Assembly (NCBI RefSeq): GCF_006345805.1 | Contig: NC_042999.1 | Coordinates: 152,706,001-152,770,000, forward strand | Direction of reading: 5' to 3' | Length of the DNA: 64,000 bases | From: Octopus sinensis | Taxonomy: Eukaryota | In this document: positions 52,831 through 64,000 of the stretch, in pieces | Numbering within the stretch: the first letter of the stretch is position 1 | Layout: each line of letters begins with the position of its first letter | Notes under the pieces: generated by a model | Databases searched by the model: none | Told to the model about the DNA's origin: nothing | The model's input: only the letters and a program-made list of their open reading frames with translations | Made by a program: the position numbers and the translations under genes

Positions 52831-53373
52831 ACTACTATATAGTACAGAGCCAGCACCGAATCTTACAACGTTTGGTATAGGAATACATCTAAAGGACTTG
52901 TAACTAGCAATCAGAAGAATGCGTCAGCACGAAGTTAGAACATTGCGTGTTGTTATTTGGGCTCTTGGAATGATATCGAAAAGAGCAAACAAATATGTAG
53001 ACCAAATTCCTGGCAGCCCTAACATAAGTGAATTGCAATAGACGGTACTTATGGGTACCTCCCATATTCTGCGTCAGTCTGTCTCCATGTTGATGCAATC
53101 TTACTCATTCAGTTTTATTATAAATTTTATAGAGAAGATTCTTTTACATACAGATTCAACATTTATTTTCTCTTTTCCGACAGCGTGGTCACTTCAGCTG
53201 TTTGAATCTTTAGATATAAATCTTTAGATATAAAATGTTTTCCTTTCATAAAGATATAAAATCTTTAGATATAAGATGTTTTCCTTTGACGGGTTTGGTT
53301 GAGACTTAAGTGCTGCATGTATAAATTTCTGAAAGGCCAAACTATAACAACAACAACAACAACAATGATAATG

Positions 53374-53427
<54 letters not shown>

Positions 53428-53981
53428 GCCCTGATGCAGTACCAGGCAGTGGCTCTCATGGCTTCTGATCTTAACTGATTGGAAGTGTTATCATGTACAT
53501 TGTTTTGTCTTGGTATAAAAGATGGGCTACAGCAAATATTCTGCTCAATACCACAGATTTGCTTGTCAGTTGTTTGACCTTAACCAGTTGAGCATGTCCC
53601 TTAGTGGCTGTCGATATGTGCATCTCTGATCACGAGCAGAAGTAGTGGGGGAGCATCATAGCCATGTGTTGAGAGGGATTCTTTGGGGTTTGAATAGTTC
53701 ACCTCTGGAAACATGGGTGGTTCTTTCAACATCCTTAAACAACCCTTATTCAGGGACCGTTTGAGCGGGATGGGCTACTCAACCTGAAGAAAATTCTAAC
53801 TGGGCCCCACCTGCAAGGGCATGTGCTGTTTATCTTGATATGAGATCACCATGTCGCGCACATATGGTTGTGATGCATGTGCCTGGTGTACCCTTATCAG
53901 ACGGGTAGTCATGATGGGTATATTGGGCTTCGTATATTTTACCCCAGTGTCACTTTGATGGCATGAACTGCTCTCTCACTC
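53428..53981 (+). mobile_element. ~555-bp non-coding element inserted in (TAA)n (copy 1)
   Basis: Colinear with 63311-63865, same ends; strand assumed from the (TAA)n orientation. Confidence 0.9.
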
Positions 53982-54053
<72 letters not shown>

Positions 54054-54056
<3 letters not shown>

Positions 54057-54290
54057 GGTGCATTAGGCATGATAAAAAATATTCAGACAAATACATAACA
54101 AAAACACTAGGACTTACAAACACATATAACATACAGAAAGTTGCACTACTAGGCACTGCACACATCCTACGCAGAACACTTACCATACAATAACCATCAG
54201 AGCATCACAACAAATCACAGCACATACCTAAGGCACACAGAGCTGCGCTCGGTAGTGAAGTGAAACCACGCTATAAAAATAAAACTACTG
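54054..54290 (+). mobile_element. 3' tip of an R4/Dong-like RLE retrotransposon in (TAA)n
   Basis: IGALGMIK...NIQKVALLGTAHILRRTL* is the typical C-terminus of R4/Dong-clade proteins; a 3' UTR and (TAA)n follow. Confidence 0.85.
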
Positions 54291-54366
54291 AATAATATAA
54301 TAATATGATATAATAATAATAATAATAATAATATAATAATAATAATATAATAATAAAATAATAATA

Positions 54367-54397
<31 letters not shown>

Positions 54398-54400
54398 TAA

Positions 54401-54433
<33 letters not shown>

Positions 54434-55469
54434 TAATATAATATTGATGATGATGATGAGGAGGAGGATAATAATAATAATGTTTATTTTCGTTATTATC
54501 TAAGAATGTTCGTTCCGTACTTTTGGAAATTCGCTGGGTATATCTCATATTTGCATCATTAGAATATTGCTACCCTTATGAAGGGCTCTAAATATAATTT
54601 TATTAGCGGAAAAGTCTGCTTCCTCCTCACTGAAAATCGGCGCTCCTTCAAAAGTTAAGAATTCCCCCTCTGCTGAGAGCGTCTACTCTTCGCATGATTT
54701 GCATGCTTCACTGCATTTTCCTATTTTGTTATCTTAAGATAATTTTTGTTGTCGAATCTCATCCCATTTTTCCCTTTAGGAAGTTTACTTTTTTCATTAT
54801 GGTTCCCATCCTTATATGTGGATGAGTTAGTATCATTACGAAGGAGTACCTTCAAAAGAATGCGGCACCTCGAAGTAAGAACATTACCTGTTGATAGTGG
54901 AGCAATAAGGAGTAAGCTGATATGTTGACCAAAGGCTGTTTAATTCTAGATGTTGCTTTGTTGTTGCTGTGAATGACGGGTTTTTCGCAAGTGTACTTGG
55001 ACTTTATGAACCCCTCTTTTCTTTTCCGACTCACGAATAATGCCCAGTCTTGCATTAGAACCTACAACCTTCATGTCATGTTGTTTTTGGTCGTTTGAAA
55101 TTCCTGTGAAGAAGAATTCTTAAATCAGTTTTGCCTCTACGTTTACCTTCATTGCTGAACTTTAAATTCTTCTGCACTGTACACTCTAGAAGACACAGTC
55201 CTAGTATTGCTTAAGGTATCTTGAGAAGTATTCATGACCCTTTATATTCCATGGGGGTTCCACCCGATCACATATCACCAAATGCTACATCAGTGCTGAA
55301 ACCCTTTCTATAATGTGACATGGAGGTGACTACCAGCCAGAGATAGACACTATCTCCAATGTTCCTGACATTGACTCTTGCTTTTTTCCTACCCAAATAC
55401 TGTGGAACCATCTATTTAGTCAGTGTATCGCTCAACATTTGAGCTTGAACTTTCACCCCTTCAGTCTTA

Positions 55470-55509
<40 letters not shown>

Positions 55510-56989
55510 ACACACACACACACTCTCTCAGTGTCCTTTACCCGTGCCTATATAGTGCCTATATATAGTGTCATATACTCGTCCTCTCCAAACGAAGGAT
55601 AGTTGGCATAGAATATCTGCCAAACTGACACCAATTCGTGATTGGATAAGATCAAAAAACCCTGCTGCGTTTTTCTTAAGATAAGGTACCTTACATTTCT
55701 CCTCTCCTGATTTTCTGTAACTGATTGCAGAAACCGCCATGGATTGATGTTCAGAAAGTAGGAAAATTTTCAATGTTCCGGAGAAATATTTCATATCGAA
55801 GGTGTTTCTTTCCCGAAAGAACTCCAACAATTTACCGCTTTTCGTTGTTTGTATTTACGCCTAAAGCGCTACATGCATACATCTTATGGTTCTTCTCGCC
55901 GAGTAGATATCTTGATATCTACTCGGAGTAGCTATAATGTCAGTATTTTCATTTATTTTGTGCTTAATATTGCTATCCAACGCTGCAATTAGAAATGTTT
56001 TTTGCTTTGTTTGTTTGTTTTTTTATGCGTGAAATGTATTATAAGGTACACCTTCAATATATATATATATATTTTTTTTTTTTTGGAGACGTGACGTCAA
56101 ATTTTCATTTGTCGATGAGGTGAGAGAAAAAAATTGTTTAAAAAATTGTTAAAAAGACAATATGAACCTTATTTTTCCTGTTGTCATTCCTATTAAAGGG
56201 AACTCCAAAAGGTGCATGCGAGTATCTTTTGTAAAACACCGTTTCAGTGAGCAACATTTTGCACTTGGGGGCGCAACACGAAAAAAAAAAAAAGAAATCA
56301 AGCATTCTTCGTGATTATCATCACCATCACCACCACCAGCACCACCCTCAGCAACAACAGCAATAAAGATAAGAAGGATGGGGATGAAGAGGAAGCGAAC
56401 GAGGGAAAAAGGAAGAAGAGTTAGAAAAGAGGAAGTAAAAGAAACATAAGACATTAAAGAAGAAAGACGAGAAAAAATAGAAGAAGAAGAACAACAACAA
56501 GGGGAGAAGACAAAGAAGTTGAAGAAGGAGGAGGAGAAGGAGGAGAGAAGAGAAGAAGGAAGGGTGAAAGAAAAAAGATGGCGGAAAAGAGAAAAACGAG
56601 AAGAAAGACGAAGAAGAGGAGTGGAGGAAGTTGTGGGAGAAGAGCATGAAGAAAGAAGAATGGAAAGAGTGAAAGAGGAATAAATGAAAGAGAATAGATA
56701 TGAAAACAGTAAGGATAAGAATTACATAAGATAAAAGAGAAACAGAAGAATATCTTGGAAGAGAAAAATCGAAAATCAAATCGAAAGCAAAAAAAAAAAA
56801 AAAATCGAAGAAAAAAGCGAAAGAGCTGGTGGGCAAAAATAAATAAATAAATAAATTAGTAAATGACTAAGAAAAAATATTTAATAAGAGAAACAAAATG
56901 CGAGTTCGCCTCTAGTTTCTTTTTATCCACACTAATACAGATGGAGATATAGACTTTCGCTAGCACATACATAAATAAGTGTGCGCGCG

Positions 56990-57028
56990 CGTGTGTGTGT
57001 GTGTGAGTATTTATACATATATGTGTGG

Positions 57029-57062
<34 letters not shown>

Positions 57063-57263
57063 GCGTATATGTGTGTATATATATATATATGCGTGTGTGT
57101 GTATATATACATATATGTGTGTGCATACATATATATATATATATGCGTATATATGTGTGTATATATATATATGCGTGTGTGTGTATAAATACATATATGT
57201 GTGTGCATATATATATATGTGTGTGTGTGTGTGTGTATGTGTGTGTGAGTATTTATACATATA

Positions 57264-57294
<31 letters not shown>

Positions 57295-57423
57295 GCGTAT
57301 ATATGTGTGTATATATATATATGCGTGTGTGTGTGTATATATACATATATGTGTGTGCATATATATATATGCGTATATATGTGTGTATATATATATGCGT
57401 GTGTGTGTATAAATACATATATG

Positions 57424-57474
<51 letters not shown>

Positions 57475-57480
57475 ATACAC
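56990..57480. repeat. Compound (TA)/(TG) minisatellite with higher-order duplication
   Basis: The block gagtatttatacatatatgtgtg recurs at about 57005 and 57247. Confidence 0.85.
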
Positions 57481-57806
57481 TGCGAAATGGGAGAGAATGA
57501 AACGCATGAGAATAGTCAAAGAGAAAGAAAACCATTAGCAAAAGAAAAAAAAAAGAAAAAAAGATACCATTCCTGCATAAAGTGTGTGTGTGTGCGGGGT
57601 GCGGGGTAAATGTAAGAGGTGGGTAAGTGGGTTCAAATCGGGGTTTGGAGATCGTTAAGTTGTCAATAACATCTGGAGAATTTGGTTACAGACTCAATCA
57701 ATGCCGATAATGATTTTCTTACTCAAAGCCAGGAATCGCAGAAAACGAGACTCAAAAGTTCTATTGACTTGAAACGAAATTATAACCAGAAAGTGCTTAT
57801 GGACAT

Positions 57807-57883
<77 letters not shown>

Positions 57884-57939
57884 ATGTGTGTGTGGGGGTG
57901 TTTGTGTATATTATATATATATGTGTGTGAATATATATA

Positions 57940-57998
<59 letters not shown>

Positions 57999-58572
57999 AT
58001 GTGTGTGTGGGGGTGTTTGTGTATATATATATGTGTGTGAATATATATATGTGTGTGTATATATATATATATATGTATATATATAGTGTAATAAATAAAA
58101 TATATGCATACATATAAACATATATGTACGTACCGACATCTACATGTATATATACATGCATATATAAATATATATACCTATATATATACGTGTGTGTATA
58201 TGTACATATATGTGTGTGTGCATATATATGTATATGCGTGTATGTATCTATGTATATATGTATGTTTTTATTCACTTATGTATGATTGTGCGTGTATGCA
58301 TGCATGTATGTATGTAAGTGTATGCGTTATGTATGAATGAGTGCACGTGTTTATGTGTGTATGTTGCGTGAGCGCTGTGTATTCATATATGACATATCTA
58401 CACCCAAATTAAATGCGCACAAACACACACACGTGCATATATACATACATACATATATGTATATATATGTGTGTGTGTGTGTGTGTGTAGATACATGTAT
58501 GAATACATATGATTATATATATATATACATACATACAAATTAATATATACATATAAATACATATGTATGTAT

Positions 58573-58646
<74 letters not shown>

Positions 58647-58648
<2 letters not shown>

Positions 58649-58866
58649 TTCTTTACTACCCACAAGGGGCTAAACACAGAGAGGACAGACAAACGGATTA
58701 AGTCGATTATATCGACCCCAGTGCGTAACTGGTACTTAATTTATCGACCCCGAAAGGATGAAAGGCAAAGTCGACCTCGGCGGAATTTGAACTCAGAACG
58801 TAACGGCAGACGAAATACGCCTACGCATTTCGCCCGGCGTGCTAACGGTTCTGCCAGCTCGCCGCC
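58647..58866 (-). mobile_element. SINE S5, full length (tail type a)
   Basis: Near-identical to 11434-11664. Confidence 0.92.
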
Positions 58867-59419
58867 AGTTTATATGTAAATATATATGCGTATGTATACG
58901 TATATAGTTATTTGCATCTATGAATGCTACGTATTAAAAATTCGCGTTCACTACGAACTTAAGTCATGTCTAACGATTTATCAATCAGTTTTTATAAATC
59001 ATTAGGTGAAACTTGACAAATCAGTCAACACAAAAATGATATAATTAAGTAACAAATTTATTTCTGAACTCAGTATTGCGTATATCAGGAAATATGCCCC
59101 TGGTGTAGTTAAAGTTGCTTTAAAACAATAAACCAAATTTAACATACCAGTGCATGCCTATCCACACACCCAGTCCCTGTGCACACACACACACAGACAT
59201 ACACGTACACACACACAAACATACCCACAAATACACACGCACTCACATCATGATCATTGTTACAATGAAGACATTTTAAATACATATATATATATATATA
59301 TATGTGTGCCTGTGTATAAGTATATATTTATGTGTATTTATGCCTGTATCTACATACATACAATCACAAACACACACATATACATGTATATATATATATA
59401 TAAACATATACATACATGC

Positions 59420-59491
<72 letters not shown>

Positions 59492-59514
59492 TTGAAACAC
59501 TCTTGTCACAACCT

Positions 59515-59558
59515 GGAACCTTGAAGACTGCTATAATGCATGAAAGTATACTAGTCCC
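59515..59558 (+). ncRNA. Minimal type I hammerhead variant (CUUGAAGA core)
   Basis: ggaac-CTTGAAGA-ctgc-tataat-gcat-GAAA-gtatac-TA-gtccc; stem III is the palindrome AGUAUACU. Confidence 0.6.
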
Positions 59559-59741
59559 TTAATATTTGATATTCAATATTTCATCTATTCAATAAGACAA
59601 TCAATACTTCATTTCATTTTACAATATATATATTATTTATTCTATATATTCTATATTCTACATTAATATTGTAAAGAATATAAATTAAACATAAAAACAG
59701 TCAGAGTTGGAATTACTTTGAATAATATATATATATATATA

Positions 59742-59900
59742 TACGACGGGCGTCCTTTAGCTTCTGTCTACCAAATCCATAAATCCATTTACAAGGTTTT
59801 GGTTGGCCCAGTTCTATAGTAGAAACCATTTGTCCGGGAAAGCACACTATGGGACTGAACCCAGAACCACGTGGATGGGGAGCAAACCTCTCACGGCACT
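59742..59900 (-). mobile_element. SINE S1, 5' half, diverged
   Basis: acgacgggc..tctaccaaatcc..gggactgaacccagaacc. Confidence 0.75.
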
Positions 59901-60800
59901 GCCGCGGCAGTGACTCTAAATGTCTGACGGCCTGTCTCTTTACCCCCCTCTCTTATGTTTGCAGACATTCACACACACACTTACACACACACACACACAT
60001 ACTATATACATACCCAGAGAGAGACATATACTCATACACACACGTAAATGTATACGACACCAGCCACAAACACACAAATACATTTGGATATAAACAATGT
60101 TTACGATATGAATGTAGTGCCATACAGACATATACTTCTACAGATATGCATGCATATAAGCATGTATGTAATTATATATCTGCAGCATTGCCTAAATATA
60201 TTGTAACTCTGAAGAGAACGTAACATTTCGATTTCAAAGCATGAAGTCTTGACAATTTTCCTTCTGCTGATTAGGTGCTGTGGTATGCTAACGGTGTTTT
60301 AGAGAGCCTTTTATCATGCTGATATAGCAAACATATTTCTTAACTCTAATTACTGGTCATTGTTCAATGTTTGGATCCAACGTCTGTTGGGCAAATTATT
60401 TGAGAGCGCAATGGGATTTACGGAAGCCTAGAAGAGTAACTTTAGAAATTTAAACAGTAAACGTTGCAGAGAGACATAGCGTAGGCATTGTTTATGCCTC
60501 GTTTATTCATCTGCATTCGTACACATGTTCGCACAAGTACATATGAAAATATATTTGCATACAGACATACGCATGAAAATAAATGTATATAAACATACAC
60601 ACACGCACACACACACATACAAACACATATATGCATGTACACGCCCATATGTATACATATAGCTGAATATATATGTATACATGCACACATACATATTTCT
60701 ATATGTTGGTATATGTAAATATTGGTATATGGGAACATTTATACGCATATATACGTCTTTACATTTATATATGTGCGTATCTATCAAGCTATATATACAT

Positions 60801-60878
<78 letters not shown>

Positions 60879-61107
60879 GTGTGTGTATGTGTGTGTATAG
60901 TATATTATATTTATATGTATATTTTTCTACTTATGTTTCTACACATTGCTTTCGCACAGGCACTCGCACACACTCATAAATGTGTATATAATATATAGAT
61001 ATACTTAATAGTACATATGAACATATTTACAAATATGTGTTTGTATTCGCGTCTATATTTTCGTACTTTCATACGCATGCCTATATACATACATATACAC
61101 ACAAATT

Positions 61108-61165
<58 letters not shown>

Positions 61166-61672
61166 GTATTGGTATCGCACGTGTTATGTATATTCACGTT
61201 TATATCTAAGTCTCTGTTCTACGTTTTGTTCGTATATTTATATGCATTTCTATAAATGGTAAAAGTAAATTGCGAATCTACAATACTAGAATCGGTAAAA
61301 TATCAGCAACATTTACTTGCAACACACAATGGAAGCATTCAGCATGATAATAATGCATAGTATTACAACATTAATGCATCTCTGTAATATTTACAACCAG
61401 AAAATTATATCAGTTTATAAATCACATAAGTAAACTCCGTGGAATTCAGGGTACGAGGTGCATTATTCCTTAGGATTTCATAAACTCGAGTTTAAAGTTG
61501 TATTATGAATAGTGATAATATACACTTACATGCATGCATACATATATGCATACATACATGCATACATACATACATACATACATACATACATACACACTCA
61601 TACACACTCACATTCACAGATAGATGTATGTACACACGCACGCACTCACACGCACACAGATGTATGTACATG

Positions 61673-61703
<31 letters not shown>

Positions 61704-61906
61704 TATATATATATAGATATATGTAGGTCCCGGGTTGATTCGGAGTTCTAGTCCTGTAGAAGCTCCTTCTATATAATAAATTAATATATATAGATATATG
61801 TATATACATATATACATATATATGTATATGTATGTACGCATTCATATATATATACATACACATAACACACATATATGTATATATACATATATGTACATAT
61901 ATATAT

Positions 61907-61997
<91 letters not shown>

Positions 61998-63024
61998 TAT
62001 ATATATGTACACATCTAACACGACCGATTTCGATATTGTTACTTTCGTTTATCAAATTCTATCTCGACTAGAAACCATGCTCGAAAGCACTTATCCAAAG
62101 TGCAGCGTGAAGGATTCGAACCGAGAACCTCTTAGCTGCGCAGTTATTTTCTGCGTTCATAGCACGGCCATAGATATACTGCGAACCGCAGCATTTGCCA
62201 AACAACTTCAATCCATTTAGAGCTGTATGAAGTTGGGTATTGTCTGATAAGTGGCACCACCACAGAAACAATATATTAGTTTTAATAGGATACGAACCGA
62301 TGACCTCTCGATTTCTTTTTTTACTGGTTGACCGAACCTTCTTGGCCATCGACATTTCCGGCCTCTCTGTCTCGTCGAAAGCAATCGATAAATTTACTTG
62401 CTCACTGAACGTTCAATGCTGCTTAGCTCCTACTTTGAATGTGAGCACGATGCATGTATATTCACGATATTGAAGATGCTATAGATGGTATCGTTAAACT
62501 AGTTAAAAACATCGACGTGGTGTTCGGCTACTTAAGACAATGAGGTTGAAGTCACTTATTGGAAGCTCTTCTGGCTTGTTGAGTAATTACAGAGGAAGCG
62601 GCGAGAATTTTGCGCCCACAGTGATAGTTATTGATGCAGCAAAATCAAGTGTCATGCAGCTATTTATCAACTTTATTAGAAGCGGCAATTACATTTATTA
62701 GCTGCCATACTTGAATTTTAATTACGACGAAACCAAGCAAAAACTATTTAATCCATAATACAGCAGTTAACAAATATAGAAGTTTTGCAAATTCAAATTT
62801 GCGAGTCTAATTTTTGTTTTGAGCTGTAGTGAAGATTTTGGGTAGTATTAGATTCCGATAAAATGGGTTATGTGCATCGGAGTTGTTCATCCTTTTCCAA
62901 AAGCTGTGTGTATATGTGAACCAGAATTATAAGTCGTTTTACAGTTTTACTAATATGGCAGTATCATGTGATTATGGTATAGTAAACAACAGTACTATAG
63001 TCCGATGGAGAAGAAACATGGTGG

Positions 63025-63190
63025 TGGAGGGTGGAGGAAGGATACAGTGGATTATAACCTATATGTACTTTATTTCATCGACCCCGGATATATGAAAGAA
63101 AATCAACACTGCTGTCATTTGAACTAAGAAGGCACATGTACGTACTTAAATAACCGTAAAACAGCACTCTGTCGCTTCTATTGTCCAGAA
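63025..63190 (-). mobile_element. Diverged SINE S5 (another partial copy at 63895-64000)
   Basis: tttcatcgaccccgg..atgaaag..tttgaact. Confidence 0.55.
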
Positions 63191-63235
63191 TTCTACAATA
63201 GTGATGATGATGATGAAAACAACAACAACAACAAC

Positions 63236-63298
<63 letters not shown>

Positions 63299-63310
63299 AA
63301 TATAATAATA

Positions 63311-63865
63311 ACCCTGATGCAGTACCAGGCAGTGACTCTCATGGTTTCTGATCTTAACTGACTGGAAGTGTTATCCTGTACATTGTTTTGTCTTGGTATA
63401 AAAGATGGGCTACAGCAAATATTCTGTTCAATACCACAGATTTGCTTGTCAGTTGTTTCACCATAACCAGTTGAGCATGTCCTTTGGTGTCTAACAATAT
63501 GTGCATCTCTGATCAAGAGCAGAAGTAGTGGGGGAGAATCATGGGTATGTATTGAGAGGAATTCTTTGAGGTTAGAATAATTCACTTCTGGAAACATGGG
63601 TCTTTCGTTCAAAATCCTTAAACAACCCTTATTCAGGGACCTTTTGAGTGGGATGGGTTATTCAACATGAAGAAAATTCGAACTGGGTCCCACCTGCAAG
63701 ATCATGTACTGTTTATCTTGATATGAGATCACTATGTCGTGCACTTATGGTTGTGACGCAGGTGCCTGGTGTACCCTTATCAGACGGGTAGTCATGATGG
63801 TTGTATTGGGTTTCGTATAGTTGTACCCCAGTGTCACTTTGATGGCATGTGCTGCCCTCTCACTC
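63311..63865 (+). mobile_element. ~555-bp non-coding element inserted in (TAA)n (copy 2)
   Basis: Colinear with 53428-53981. Confidence 0.9.
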
Positions 63866-64000
63866 AATGGTAATAATAATAATAATTTTAGGACAATACC
63901 TTGAGTTTTAGGCGGTATATCGGTAAGTCAATTACATTGACCCAAGTATTTGACTGATACCTCATTTTCTCGATTGTGAAAGGTTAAAAGGCAAAGTTAT

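Noticed and set aside
54490-55960. Long non-repetitive stretch, possible exons or decayed transposon
   Set aside because: Frequent stops and no protein motif I can identify; needs BLASTX or RNA-seq
56856-62220. Numerous YI/CV/HT-repeat ORFs
   Set aside because: Translations of (TA)n/(TG)n/(CA)n microsatellites
62150-62760. Unique segment with short ORFs on both strands
   Set aside because: No recognisable domain or splice pattern

Overview
This is AT-rich eukaryotic DNA saturated with microsatellites, and I can support no host protein-coding exon in it. The SINE families and repeat landscape look like a coleoid cephalopod, most likely Octopus; that is recognition, not a database result. Nearly all ORFs in the supplied track are translations of simple repeats. 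The real content is mobile DNA. (i) There are about 35 tRNA-derived SINE copies or fragments, built from interchangeable head and tail modules; two tails match the 3' ends of LINEs in the same window. (ii) There are decayed LINEs: two RTE-clade copies (one with a twin-priming-type 5' inversion), a CR1/L2-group 3' end, R4/Dong-like tips and a Penelope-like GIY-YIG fragment. (iii) There are two mariner elements, one full length and similar to insect mellifera-subfamily mariners. (iv) Most interesting, short sequence-diverse islands sit in or beside (TA)n tracts and carry minimal hammerhead-ribozyme folds, the best at 37897-37974 on the minus strand, or long fold-back palindromes. Retroelement types appear sorted by microsatellite class: (TA)n, (TAA)n and (TACA)n. 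All folds and alignments were done by eye and coordinates of decayed repeats are approximate.
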